Assembly (NCBI RefSeq): GCF_049969415.1
Contig: NZ_JBMFOX010000016.1
Span: 1-27,002 of the forward strand
DNA: 27,002 nt
Reading direction: 5' to 3'
Origin: Candidatus Hadarchaeum sp.
GTDB taxonomy: Archaea > Hadarchaeota > Hadarchaeia > Hadarchaeales > Hadarchaeaceae
The notes under the pieces were generated by a model, which did no database searches, was not told where the DNA came from, and was given only the letters and a program-made list of their open reading frames with translations. The position numbers and the translations under genes are program-made. Shown piece after piece: positions 7,828 to 16,670 of the stretch; the first letter of the stretch is position 1, and each line of letters opens with the position of its first letter.

Positions 7828-7956
7828 GCCCCGGTAGCTCAGTCGGTAGATTGTGGCGGAAAGCCTCAAGCCGCAAGCGCCACCTTGGTATCTCGCGCCA
7901 AGGAGGTGGAGGTCGCGGGTTCGATTCGGGACGCGAAAATCCCGCTCGGGGCTCCA
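7828..7956 (+). tRNA. tRNA-Thr(GGT) with three introns (7850-7875 at 22/23; 7891-7903 at 37/38; 7926-7939 at 59/60), CCA encoded
   Basis: Removing 26+13+14 nt gives GCCCCGG TA GCTC AGTCGGTA GAGC G CCACC TTGGTAA GGTGG AGGTC GCGGG TTCGATT CCCGC TCGGGGC T CCA (76 nt, U73). Each intron forms a bulge-helix-bulge. Confidence 0.9.
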
Positions 7957-7975
7957 CAAAATCCAAGCCCTTTCA

Positions 7976-9916
7976 TTATTCCCGGATCTCCCCTGTCCCC
8001 GGCGGCAGCACCCGCTCTATTTCATCGACCGGGACATCAAATCCCGCAATTTTGAACTTAACCTGTATCTGGCGGGCGAGTTCAGATTTCTTCACGGGTC
8101 CCGGGTAGATCTCGACGAAAACTTTCGCGTGCTTCTGGACAGCGCTCTTCGGCCCGCAGACGACCACGTTTTCGCCGTCGAGCGCCATGACGCCGACCGC
8201 CGCCCTCACCGGGACCTTGAGCAGGTTCCGCTTGCCTTGGATGGTATAGCTGCCCTTGGGGAGGTAGGTGCCCGATGGTGCCTTCTTTGAGACCTGGTCC
8301 GGCTTGGCCCAGTAGACGTCGAGGATGCCCAGACCCTCCCGCCAGGCCCGCGAATGCATGGCGGCAAACTCGGCGGCCTCGATGATGGTGGTCTCCGGTA
8401 TTTCCTTGCCCGCCGATTTGACGACGACGTGGGGTGCGCCGATGATCTCCGCGTGTAAATAGAGGTCGTTAGGATCCATGTGTTTCTCGATGATTTCGGC
8501 GTTGCCCTTGGCGTCCCTCCCTCCAATGACCAGATGTCCGTCCGAGGAGATGAACCAGCGGTGATGTTCGAACCACTTCGGCGTCCTCCTCTTCGGCGGT
8601 GGGGACACCTTGACCTCAGGGGCACCCGCCCTCAGGGCCTCAAGCTCGCGCTCCGTGGCCTCAAGGGCAGTTCTGGCACCCACCGCCTTCTCGGCGAGTT
8701 CCCGATATTCCCGGTAGTATCGCGCCGAGTTCTCGAAGGCCGAGGCCCGCGGGTCGAGCTCGATCGTCTGGCCCGCAAGCTCGACCTCCATCTTGCCCGT
8801 CTTGAAGTCCACACTCTTTATCAGCTGGGCCCAACTTTCCCCCGCCTCCTTTGATCGCTGTAAGGCCTCGAGGGCACCTTCCCAGCCCTTGCTCCTCCGG
8901 AGCCGGTCGAGCATTTTTCGTGCCTCGTTGATCTGGAGGTGATGGATGGCGATGAGGTCGGCCTTTCTCTTCGCCTCCGAAGACCTCTGGTAAAGTTCTC
9001 CGAACTGCTGCTGCTGTTCCTGCTGTCGCTTGAGCAGACCCGCCACCTTTTTCTCGTACTCCTTCCTCCGGCGTTCGCTGGCGGCCATCACCGCCACGGT
9101 GCTGAAGTACTCGTCGAGGGTCTCGTTGAACGAGCTGAACCTTTTCACCTTCTGGCCTAGGTGAGTCTTGAAATCCAGCGGGGCGAAGTCCACCGGCTTA
9201 TCTCCCTCATAGATGATGCAGGGTGCCGGCTCCGCGGAGAGGAGACCCTTCAAGGCGCCTAGGACGGCCTCCAGCTCCTTTTCCGAAAGTTCACCCGGCT
9301 TGACTCCCTTGGACACCTCGGCCCGGGCACAGACTTCTTCGGCCAGCGGTCCACCCAGCCCCAGGTTCACCGCCAGCCCCCGGACGATGTCCGGGGCATC
9401 CTTCAGTTTTTCCCTCAGCCCGTCGGCGTCAAGTCCAAACGGATCGACGCCGGTGCCGGGAGGGTAGAGGTAGGGCACGCCGGCCTTGAGGGAGCGGTGT
9501 TTCCAGGTGGCGATGCGGTAGGGCTGGATGATGTTTTTCTGAGAATCACAGAGGATAATGTTTCCCTCGCCAAAGAGTTCGGCGATTAGAACTCGCCCCT
9601 CCCCGGCGGCGAAGCTGATCTCAACGATGCGCTCGAAATCCGGTTGGCTTACGTCCGAGATCTCGGCGTTCTCGAGGTGTTTTCTCAGGAGCATGGCGAA
9701 TGAGGTCGGCTGCTTCGGCGCGCGGTAGACCCGCGTGGTGAGGTGAACCCTGCACCCGGGCTGGATTACCAGGTCCTTTCGTCCCCCCTCCCTGGAGTGC
9801 AGCCGCAGGACGATCGAGCCGTCAACTTCATAGACATTTTCAACTCGATCACCAATAGCGTTTTTAAGCTCGCGAACGCAGACCATAATGTCAAGGCTAG
9901 TCATCGACAGCTTCAC
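7976..9916 (-). CDS. rqcH: Ribosome quality-control protein Rqc2/RqcH (NFACT/NEMF family)
   Basis: MTSLD, FAMLLRKHL, DFERIV, IAELFGEGNIIL, coiled coil, WFEHHRWFISSDG..VIGGRDA..N and GTYLPKGSY. GTG 9916 follows SD GGTGAG. Confidence 0.93.
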   Translation of the reverse strand: MKLSMTSLDIMVCVRELKNAIGDRVENVYEVDGSIVLRLHSREGGRKDLVIQPGCRVHLTTRVYRAPKQPTSFAMLLRKHLENAEISDVSQPDFERIVEISFAAGEGRVLIAELFGEGNIILCDSQKNIIQPYRIATWKHRSLKAGVPYLYPPGTGVDPFGLDADGLREKLKDAPDIVRGLAVNLGLGGPLAEEVCARAEVSKGVKPGELSEKELEAVLGALKGLLSAEPAPCIIYEGDKPVDFAPLDFKTHLGQKVKRFSSFNETLDEYFSTVAVMAASERRRKEYEKKVAGLLKRQQEQQQQFGELYQRSSEAKRKADLIAIHHLQINEARKMLDRLRRSKGWEGALEALQRSKEAGESWAQLIKSVDFKTGKMEVELAGQTIELDPRASAFENSARYYREYRELAEKAVGARTALEATERELEALRAGAPEVKVSPPPKRRTPKWFEHHRWFISSDGHLVIGGRDAKGNAEIIEKHMDPNDLYLHAEIIGAPHVVVKSAGKEIPETTIIEAAEFAAMHSRAWREGLGILDVYWAKPDQVSKKAPSGTYLPKGSYTIQGKRNLLKVPVRAAVGVMALDGENVVVCGPKSAVQKHAKVFVEIYPGPVKKSELARQIQVKFKIAGFDVPVDEIERVLPPGTGEIRE

Positions 9917-9936
9917 GATCTCACCAGGTGTATGAT

Positions 9937-10338
9937 ATGGACATAACGGCAAAGCTCACCCTCACGTTTTCCGGGGCAGGGATACTTGCAGGCATCATCT
10001 CCGCTTTCCTGCCCAACGCTTGGCTGGCCTTGCTCTTCGCATTTATCTTTCTCGGTATATCTTATAAGCTGACCACATCTCTCCTGAAAAGAGGCTCAGC
10101 TTCACCCGCCCCCAGTGCTCAGGGCCCGGCGCAGACTCCACCGCAGGCCCCGCCGCAGCCGGTGAAGCAGATGGCCAACTTGAGGGGCTTCCGGCTGTTC
10201 TTCGCCACCTTGGTCACCAGAAGTGGACCCGAGGCCAAGGAAGTCGAGATGAAAATCTGGTTCTGGCCCTACTACATCATGTGGTTCATCTTCTGGGTCA
10301 TGACCTACACGATAATGTTGATCTGGTGGGCCGCTTAG
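9937..10338 (+). CDS. 3-TM membrane protein, archaeal EMC6-like/DUF5379-like, with P/A/Q-rich loop
   Basis: GILAGIISA helix, a second helix, and C-terminal WPYYIMWFIFWVMTYT aromatic pattern. ATG 9937 follows AGGTG. Confidence 0.6.
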   Translation: MDITAKLTLTFSGAGILAGIISAFLPNAWLALLFAFIFLGISYKLTTSLLKRGSASPAPSAQGPAQTPPQAPPQPVKQMANLRGFRLFFATLVTRSGPEAKEVEMKIWFWPYYIMWFIFWVMTYTIMLIWWAA

Positions 10339-10392
10339 CTCTGCCTGGTTTTTATCACGCGGGGAGAATAGTTAAGCGAGGTGGCCCGAGGC

Positions 10393-11088
10393 ATGCAGAG
10401 TAAAATCGACGCCCTGTCCGGGGAGAGGCTCAAGATCATCGCCGACCACCGTGAGGAGGCTTCGGGAGTTATCAATGAGCTCCGGGCGCAGGGGGTCGAG
10501 CTGGAGATCCGGCAGCTGAAGGTGGGCGATTTTATCCTCAGCGACCGCGTCGGTGTGGAGCGGAAGTCCGTCAGCGACTTCCTGCAGTCGATAGTCGACA
10601 AGCGCCTCATGCCGCAGGCGAGGGTGCTGCGGGAGTGTTTTGAGCGCCCGGTGCTGATCATCGAGGGGAAGGGACTTTACCACCGGCGGGCAATACATCC
10701 CAACGCCATCCGTGGCACGCTGGCGGCCCTGGCCGTTGACGTGGGCATCCCCATCATTCCGACGGTGGATGAAAAGGAAACCGCGTCAATCCTCATCGCC
10801 ATAGCCCGACGGGAGCAGATCGCGGAGAAAAGGGAGGTTGCCCTGCGCGGGGAACCGAAGAAGTTCACCCTGACCGATTGCCAGCGCTACATCGTAGAGG
10901 GGCTTCCCGGGGTCTCCGCGGTGCTCGCCAAGAGGCTGCTGGAGCACTTCGGCACAGTCGAGAAGATCATGTGCGCCTCCGAGGAGGAGCTCCGCCAGGT
11001 TGACGGCATCGGGAAGGAGAAGGCCCGGGAGATTCGGAATGTGCTGACGGCTACCTACGCGCCGGAAGCTCCTCAACAAACTCCTTGA
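10393..11088 (+). CDS. ERCC4/XPF-family structure-specific endonuclease (nuclease + tandem HhH, no helicase)
   Basis: IIADHRE, GDFILSDRVGVERKS (GDXnERK), LIIEG, and HhH motifs LPGVS and VDGIG. Confidence 0.92.
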   Translation: MQSKIDALSGERLKIIADHREEASGVINELRAQGVELEIRQLKVGDFILSDRVGVERKSVSDFLQSIVDKRLMPQARVLRECFERPVLIIEGKGLYHRRAIHPNAIRGTLAALAVDVGIPIIPTVDEKETASILIAIARREQIAEKREVALRGEPKKFTLTDCQRYIVEGLPGVSAVLAKRLLEHFGTVEKIMCASEEELRQVDGIGKEKAREIRNVLTATYAPEAPQQTP

Positions 11089-12220
11089 TCAGCTTTATCG
11101 CCAGCTTGATGTTTTCCATCGAGGTGGCGTAGCTCAACCGCACGTGCCCCTCGCCGCCGGGGCCGAAACCGCTTCCCGGCACCGCGGCGACGCCCTTGTT
11201 CTTGAGCAGGGACTCGCAGAAAGCAAAGGAACTCATCCCCAGTTGTTCAATGCTCGGGAAGACGTAGAAGGCCCCCTGCGGCTTCAGGCAGCTGATGCCC
11301 TCGATCTCGTTCAGGCCCGCCACCAGGACATCCCGGCGCCGGCGGTACTCGGCGCGCATCTCGGCAACAAAGTCCTGCGGCCCCTTCAACGCGGTGACCG
11401 CGGCCGCCTGCACGAAGCTGGCGGTGCAGGAGGTGGAGGCCTCCTGGATCTTCGCCATTTCGGTGATGAAGTCGGCCGGAGCCACGGCATACCCTATCCT
11501 CCAGCCGGTCATGGCGTAGGCCTTGGAGAACCCGTTGATGCTGATCGTCCGCTCGGCCATTCCGGGGAACTTCAGCGGATTGCCCTGCTCGCCCTCGTAG
11601 ACGAGCACATTGTAAATGTCGTCGGAGAGTACCCAGAGGTCATGGTCCGCGGCTATTTCCAGGATCGGTTTCAGGTCCGCGGCGCTCATCACCGCGCCGG
11701 TGGGGTTGTTGGGATAGTTCAGCAGGAGGAGGCGGGATCTGGAGGTGATGACGTTTTTCAGCTTTTCCTCCTCGAGCTTGAAGCCCTTCTCCGCCGACCC
11801 CTGGATGAACACCGGCTTGCCCCCGCAGATCTTCACCATCGCCTCGTAGGTCCAGCAGGGGCTAGGGATCAGGACCTCGTCGCCGGGGTCCAGCGCCGCC
11901 GCCAGCGCGCAGAAGATGGCGTGCTTGGCGCCCGGCGTCACGATCACGTTCTTCGCCGCGACGTCGATCCCCTGCCTGACAAAGTGTTCGGCGATCGCCT
12001 CCCGCAGCTCAGGAATTCCGGCGCTGGGGGTGTACTTCGTCATCCCCCTGTCCAAGGCCTGCTTGGCGGCCTCCTTGATGTGCGCCGGGGTATCAAAGTC
12101 AGGCTCTCCGACCTCCATGTGGACTATTCTCCTTCCGGAGCGTTCCAGTTCCTTAGCCAGGGCTAAAACCTTGAGGGTGCTGGAAGGGGGTATGGAGATC
12201 ATCTTTTTGGCGGCCTTCAT
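11051..12220 (-). CDS. PLP-dependent class I/II aminotransferase (aspartate aminotransferase-like)
   Basis: VGEPDFDTP, NYPNNPTG, SDDIY, NGFSKAYAMTGWRIG and VRLSY. Confidence 0.93.
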   Translation of the reverse strand: MKAAKKMISIPPSSTLKVLALAKELERSGRRIVHMEVGEPDFDTPAHIKEAAKQALDRGMTKYTPSAGIPELREAIAEHFVRQGIDVAAKNVIVTPGAKHAIFCALAAALDPGDEVLIPSPCWTYEAMVKICGGKPVFIQGSAEKGFKLEEEKLKNVITSRSRLLLLNYPNNPTGAVMSAADLKPILEIAADHDLWVLSDDIYNVLVYEGEQGNPLKFPGMAERTISINGFSKAYAMTGWRIGYAVAPADFITEMAKIQEASTSCTASFVQAAAVTALKGPQDFVAEMRAEYRRRRDVLVAGLNEIEGISCLKPQGAFYVFPSIEQLGMSSFAFCESLLKNKGVAAVPGSGFGPGGEGHVRLSYATSMENIKLAIKLIKEFVEELPARR

Positions 12221-12272
12221 GGACGTCCCGCTAACATTTTAGGCTGGCGTATAAAATCCTTTACTCGATTGC

Positions 12273-13862
12273 ATGCACTGGATAGACGCCGTGGCAAATG
12301 AGCTGCTGAAACGGGGGGGAAAGCAGGTCATCGCCAGCGGCATCTCGATCTCCGGTCATGTTCACATCGGGCACTCGAACGACGTCTTCATCGCCGACGC
12401 CGTGCGCCGGGCCGCTGAGGGTCTGGGCCTTGAGGCCGAGGCCGTCTGGTGCGCGGATGACTACGACCCGATGCGGCGCATACCCTGGCCGTTGAACGAG
12501 GGCGAGCTGGCGGAAAGGTACAAGCAGTATCTCGGATTCCCCTACGCCAACATCCCCTCACCTGACCCGGACTACCGCGACTTTGTGGACTATTTTTCCC
12601 GGCCCTTCATAGAATCCCTGAAGGACTTCGGGATAAAGGTCAGAGTTCACTCCGGTGCCAAGGCTTACCGCGAGGGGAGAATGGCGGAGCTGATCAGGAA
12701 GGCACTGGAAAATTCAGAGGTGATCAGGTCTATCCTGAACCAGTACCGGGACAGGCCGCTGCCGGAGGGCTGGTTGCCCGTGGACGCCATCTGCGAGAAC
12801 TGCGGCCGGATATCGACGACCCGGGCCATTTCCTGGCATGGGGACTATGTCAGGTACCGCTGCGAGGGCGCGGAATACGTTGCCGGCTGCGGCCACGAGG
12901 GTGAGGCCGATTACACCTCGGGAGGGGCCAAGCTCACCTGGAGGGTGGAATGGCCCGCGCGCTGGAAGCTCCTCGGCGTCACCTGTGAGCCCTTCGGCAA
13001 GGACCACGCGGTGCGCGGAGGCAGCTACGACACGGGCAAGCTGATTGCCGAGAAGGTCTTCGATTACGAGGCGCCTTACCCCGTACCCTACGAGTGGGTG
13101 AGCATGAAGGGCAAGAAGCTGTCCTCCTCCAAGGGTGTGGTCTTCACCCTGAAACAGTGGTTGGAGATTGCGGAGCCCGAGATTCTCCGTTACTTCATCT
13201 TCCGCAGCAAGCCAATGAAGGCGAAGGAGTTTGACCCCGGCCTGCCACTCCTCGACCTGATCGAGGAGTACGATATGGTTGAGAGTGCCTACTATAGTAA
13301 GACCTCTGAGGAGGGCAAGAGGGAGGAGCAGCAGAGGCGCATCTATGAGCTCTCCCAGGTGGAGCGGGTCTCGGAGACGCCCATCAGGAGGATCTCCTAC
13401 CGGTTCGCCGCGGTGCTGGCCCAGGTCACCAACGATGAAAAGAAAATCCTTGAGGTCCTGACCTCCAAGAAGATGTTGATCAACCCCAGCCAGCTGGAGA
13501 TAAAGCTGGCCCTGCGCCGAATGCAGCTGGCCCGCAACTGGGTGATGCAGTATGCGCCGGAGCACCTGAGGTTCAAGGTACTGGAACGGATGCCGGCGGA
13601 AGGGGCCCAGCAGCTTAACTCGAAGCAGAAGCAGGGGTTGAGACAGTTGGCCGATGACCTGGCCCAGAAGGAGTTCACTCCGGTTGAGCTTCATAACCAC
13701 GTTTATGCCGTGGCCGAGATGACGGGGCAAAAGCCAAATGAGCTCTTTCGGGCGATCTATCTGGTCCTGCTCGGCCGCGATTCCGGGCCCCGCGTCGGCA
13801 ATTTCATCTCCGCCTTGGATAGGGATTTTGTCATCTTGAGGTTCAGGGAAGCCTCTCTTTAA
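12273..13862 (+). CDS. lysS: Class I lysyl-tRNA synthetase
   Basis: SGHVHIGH (HIGH), KLTWRVEWPARW, EPFGKDH, KLSSSKG and C-terminal SGPR. Confidence 0.97.
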   Translation: MHWIDAVANELLKRGGKQVIASGISISGHVHIGHSNDVFIADAVRRAAEGLGLEAEAVWCADDYDPMRRIPWPLNEGELAERYKQYLGFPYANIPSPDPDYRDFVDYFSRPFIESLKDFGIKVRVHSGAKAYREGRMAELIRKALENSEVIRSILNQYRDRPLPEGWLPVDAICENCGRISTTRAISWHGDYVRYRCEGAEYVAGCGHEGEADYTSGGAKLTWRVEWPARWKLLGVTCEPFGKDHAVRGGSYDTGKLIAEKVFDYEAPYPVPYEWVSMKGKKLSSSKGVVFTLKQWLEIAEPEILRYFIFRSKPMKAKEFDPGLPLLDLIEEYDMVESAYYSKTSEEGKREEQQRRIYELSQVERVSETPIRRISYRFAAVLAQVTNDEKKILEVLTSKKMLINPSQLEIKLALRRMQLARNWVMQYAPEHLRFKVLERMPAEGAQQLNSKQKQGLRQLADDLAQKEFTPVELHNHVYAVAEMTGQKPNELFRAIYLVLLGRDSGPRVGNFISALDRDFVILRFREASL

Positions 13863-14553
13863 GGCCGATCTTCATATCCGGGTTTTCCCGGACCAGCTGT
13901 TGGAAGACCTCCTCGAAGCTCTCCTTCGGGGCCAGCTCCCTCCGGATAAAGATGCCGGTGTGCCCCACCTTGGCCCGCCTCGTCAAAACCTGAACTCTCT
14001 CGCGGACGATCTCCAGCCCCACGCCCAAGGCCTTGGCCACGGTGCCCTCGTTACCCATCACCGGGCTCTCCAAATGGCCCTTCTCGGTGGGCTGAATCAG
14101 CATAAGCCTTTTATCGACGCCCGGAACCCTGACCTCTCGCTTCAGCTCATCAACCCCCGCGGCCCCGCCAAAGTAATAGAACTCCAGCTCGGACTGGCGG
14201 GGTTTAACCAGCGGGAAGGCAACCGAGCGGTCATCCTCGATGTATAGTTGGGCCTTGGGCAGCTGCCACGGGGTGGCCATCACGATCTCCCTCTTGATGG
14301 GGGCGAGCCCCACCTTCAGCAGGGCCAGCTCCAATTTAAATGAGGGAACCACATACGGGATGAACACGTCCACATCGCTGTTTTTGTCGACGTCTCCCCG
14401 AGCGGCGCTGCCATGGACGATGGGCTTGAAACCGGAGGCCTCGAGGGGCAGCATCAGCTCCAAGGCACGTTTTCTTAGTTCACCGAGGATTTTCCACCGC
14501 TTTTCACCGTAGATGACTTCCCGGATGTCGGCGACACGTGCGGGCTTAACCAT
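13843..14553 (-). CDS. Pol-beta superfamily nucleotidyltransferase (archaeal COG2413-like)
   Basis: HGSAARGDV...SDVDV, QLPKAQL, EFYYFGG, RVPGVDKRL and R..VGHTGIF. Confidence 0.85.
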   Translation of the reverse strand: MVKPARVADIREVIYGEKRWKILGELRKRALELMLPLEASGFKPIVHGSAARGDVDKNSDVDVFIPYVVPSFKLELALLKVGLAPIKREIVMATPWQLPKAQLYIEDDRSVAFPLVKPRQSELEFYYFGGAAGVDELKREVRVPGVDKRLMLIQPTEKGHLESPVMGNEGTVAKALGVGLEIVRERVQVLTRRAKVGHTGIFIRRELAPKESFEEVFQQLVRENPDMKIGLKERLP

Positions 14554-14557
14554 GCGA

Positions 14558-15097
14558 TCAAAGCCCTATCTCGCGCTCTGCTACAGCAAAATTTTTGTCG
14601 GAAATATGAAGCAGCGGCCTGACAAAGGACACGTTTATTCTGCCGTCTTTAAAGGCGTCCCTTTGCGCGTTAGCGGCCACGACCCTGCCACCGATCACCA
14701 CGTATTCCGGACCCTCGTGCTTCCAGTCCAGCTTGCACTCCAGGTTGGCGGGACATTCAACAACTCTCGGCGGCTTTACCTTCAGGGACGGCTCCCAGGA
14801 CAGCTTGGCCTTTTCCAGCTCGTTGACCCCGCGGGGGAAGTTTTTGCTGCAGAGGTACATCTGCTTCTTGATCTTTTCCGGAACTAGGTTGATCACAAAC
14901 TCCTCCGTCTCACAGATGTTGTGGTAGGTGTCGCTCTCATAGCTGGTGGAGAAGGCGACTGTGGGCGGGTCGGACTCGACGGGGGTCACCCAGGACATCG
15001 GGGCCGCGTTTATCCTTCCCTGTTTATCCACGGTGGTGATGAGGACGATGGGCCTAGGCGCGATCAGCAGATATGCGTCTCTCAGGTCTACCTGCAT
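14558..15097 (-). CDS. Flavin reductase-like FMN-binding protein
   Basis: PRPIVLITT, NAAPMSW, T..NI..T.EFVIN and VKPPRV.EC...LEC. Confidence 0.9.
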   Translation of the reverse strand: MQVDLRDAYLLIAPRPIVLITTVDKQGRINAAPMSWVTPVESDPPTVAFSTSYESDTYHNICETEEFVINLVPEKIKKQMYLCSKNFPRGVNELEKAKLSWEPSLKVKPPRVVECPANLECKLDWKHEGPEYVVIGGRVVAANAQRDAFKDGRINVSFVRPLLHISDKNFAVAEREIGL

Positions 15098-15101
15098 ACA
15101 A

Positions 15102-15413
15102 TCAGTCCAGACTTTCCTTCAGCCACTTTAAATATTGCGGCCAGCCCCGTTGAACTTTAACTGAGATAATCTCGGGCACTTGGTAGCTGTGGAGCTCCTT
15201 GATCCTTGCCATTAACCGGTCCATCTCCTTCGTCGATGTTTTTATCAACAGGAGCAACTCCCTCGACCTTGCGACCTTTCCCTGCCACCGGTAGATCGAT
15301 GAGACTTGAGGGACGATGTTCACGCATGCGGCCAGCCTCTCCGAGACTAAGGCGCGGGCAATTTTGTTCGCCTCGCGCCGGTCCTTCACCGTCGTCAGCA
15401 CGATGGAGTACAT
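15102..15413 (-). CDS. cutA: Divalent-cation tolerance protein CutA
   Basis: LVSERLAACVNI, SIYRWQG, HSYQVPEI and YLKWL. Confidence 0.95.
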   Translation of the reverse strand: MYSIVLTTVKDRREANKIARALVSERLAACVNIVPQVSSIYRWQGKVARSRELLLLIKTSTKEMDRLMARIKELHSYQVPEIISVKVQRGWPQYLKWLKESLD

Positions 15414-15457
15414 TTTTCTCAAGCAAAAGGATTAGCGCATATGTTTAAAGATTACCG

Positions 15458-16666
15458 GTGGTATTTTCTACGGTGCTGCCGGTGTACGAGGAGATTCTTT
15501 TCATCGTGGCCATGTTCATCCTGTTCTGGGTCGCCCTCGGCCTGATCGACCGCTGGTTCAACCTGAGGAAACACGGTTTTTCCATCTCTCCGGGCGTAAT
15601 GATGTGGCGCACCAAGCGCGGCCTTAATTTCATAAGGCGGGTCGGCAAGGCGAGGGGATTCTGGCGTATTTACGGTGACTTCGCCGTCGTGGCCGGGATA
15701 GGGCTGATGGTCTTCGTCTTCATCAACCTGGTGCTCAACCTGATGGTCCTGTTGACCCAGCCCAAGGCGGCGGTTGCCGGCGTCCAGCTGGTGCTGCCCG
15801 GGTTGGTTCCCGGCCTAACTCCGCTGGCTTGGATAATCGCCATCGCCACAGTCCTTCTCGTCCATGAGTTTGCCCACGGCTTCCTGCTCAGCTCTCAGGG
15901 TTTAAGGATTAAGTCGGTGGGTGGCATGCTGGTCGTGGCGATCCCCGGGGCCTTTGTTGAGCCCGACGAGAAGCAGCTCGCCAAAGCACCGGTCCTGAAG
16001 CGGCTGAGGATGTATGCCGCCGGGGCCTTTTCCAACGTCCTGTTTGCGCTGCTCTGTCTGCTGATAATCGTCCTCCTCATCGTTCCGAAACCCGGGGCCT
16101 ATGTCTATGCCGTCGCCAAGGATTACCCCGCCGACAATTACGGCATCACCCCCGGCATGAGGATTTATTCCGTTGACAACTTTCAGATAAATACTCCTGA
16201 GGACTTCGAGAGGTTCATGAGCCTGACCAGGCCCGGGGACAACGTGCGGCTGGTGACCAGCGCGGGGGAGATGGTGATCACGCTGGCACAGCACCCCAGC
16301 GTTGAGAACCGGGGCTATCTCGGCGTGGCCCTCCTTTCGGCATTTTCGCGCTGGAATTTCGTCAACCCGCTCTTCGTCCTCTGGACGGCGATGTCCGAGC
16401 TCATGGGGGGCAACGTCTTTCATCCCTTCGTCTTTGAGGCTTTGGTGCCGTGGGCGGTGATCGACATCCTAAAGTGGATATTCGTCCTGAACATTGGCAT
16501 CGGGCTGTTTAACCTGATGCCGGCGGTTCCTCTCGACGGCGGCTACATTCTCAGGGGGATATTGGAAAAGGTGGTTTCGGAGGAGCGGGCCAAGCAAATC
16601 ACCCGGGCGCTGTCGATCATCGTGCTGGGCATAATTCTGGCCAACTTCCTGCCCTACCTCTGGTGA
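15458..16666 (+). CDS. Site-2 (M50) intramembrane metalloprotease with PDZ domain
   Basis: HEFAH, GAFVEPD, NLMPAVPLDGG and a central PDZ-like segment. Confidence 0.93.
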   Translation: MVFSTVLPVYEEILFIVAMFILFWVALGLIDRWFNLRKHGFSISPGVMMWRTKRGLNFIRRVGKARGFWRIYGDFAVVAGIGLMVFVFINLVLNLMVLLTQPKAAVAGVQLVLPGLVPGLTPLAWIIAIATVLLVHEFAHGFLLSSQGLRIKSVGGMLVVAIPGAFVEPDEKQLAKAPVLKRLRMYAAGAFSNVLFALLCLLIIVLLIVPKPGAYVYAVAKDYPADNYGITPGMRIYSVDNFQINTPEDFERFMSLTRPGDNVRLVTSAGEMVITLAQHPSVENRGYLGVALLSAFSRWNFVNPLFVLWTAMSELMGGNVFHPFVFEALVPWAVIDILKWIFVLNIGIGLFNLMPAVPLDGGYILRGILEKVVSEERAKQITRALSIIVLGIILANFLPYLW

Positions 16667-16670
16667 TGCA

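Noticed and set aside
7709-8290. ORFs 7709..7966, 7735..8055, 7746..8108 and 7853..8290
   Set aside because: They overlap the triple-intron tRNA-Thr and the rqcH 3' end, with no protein motifs.
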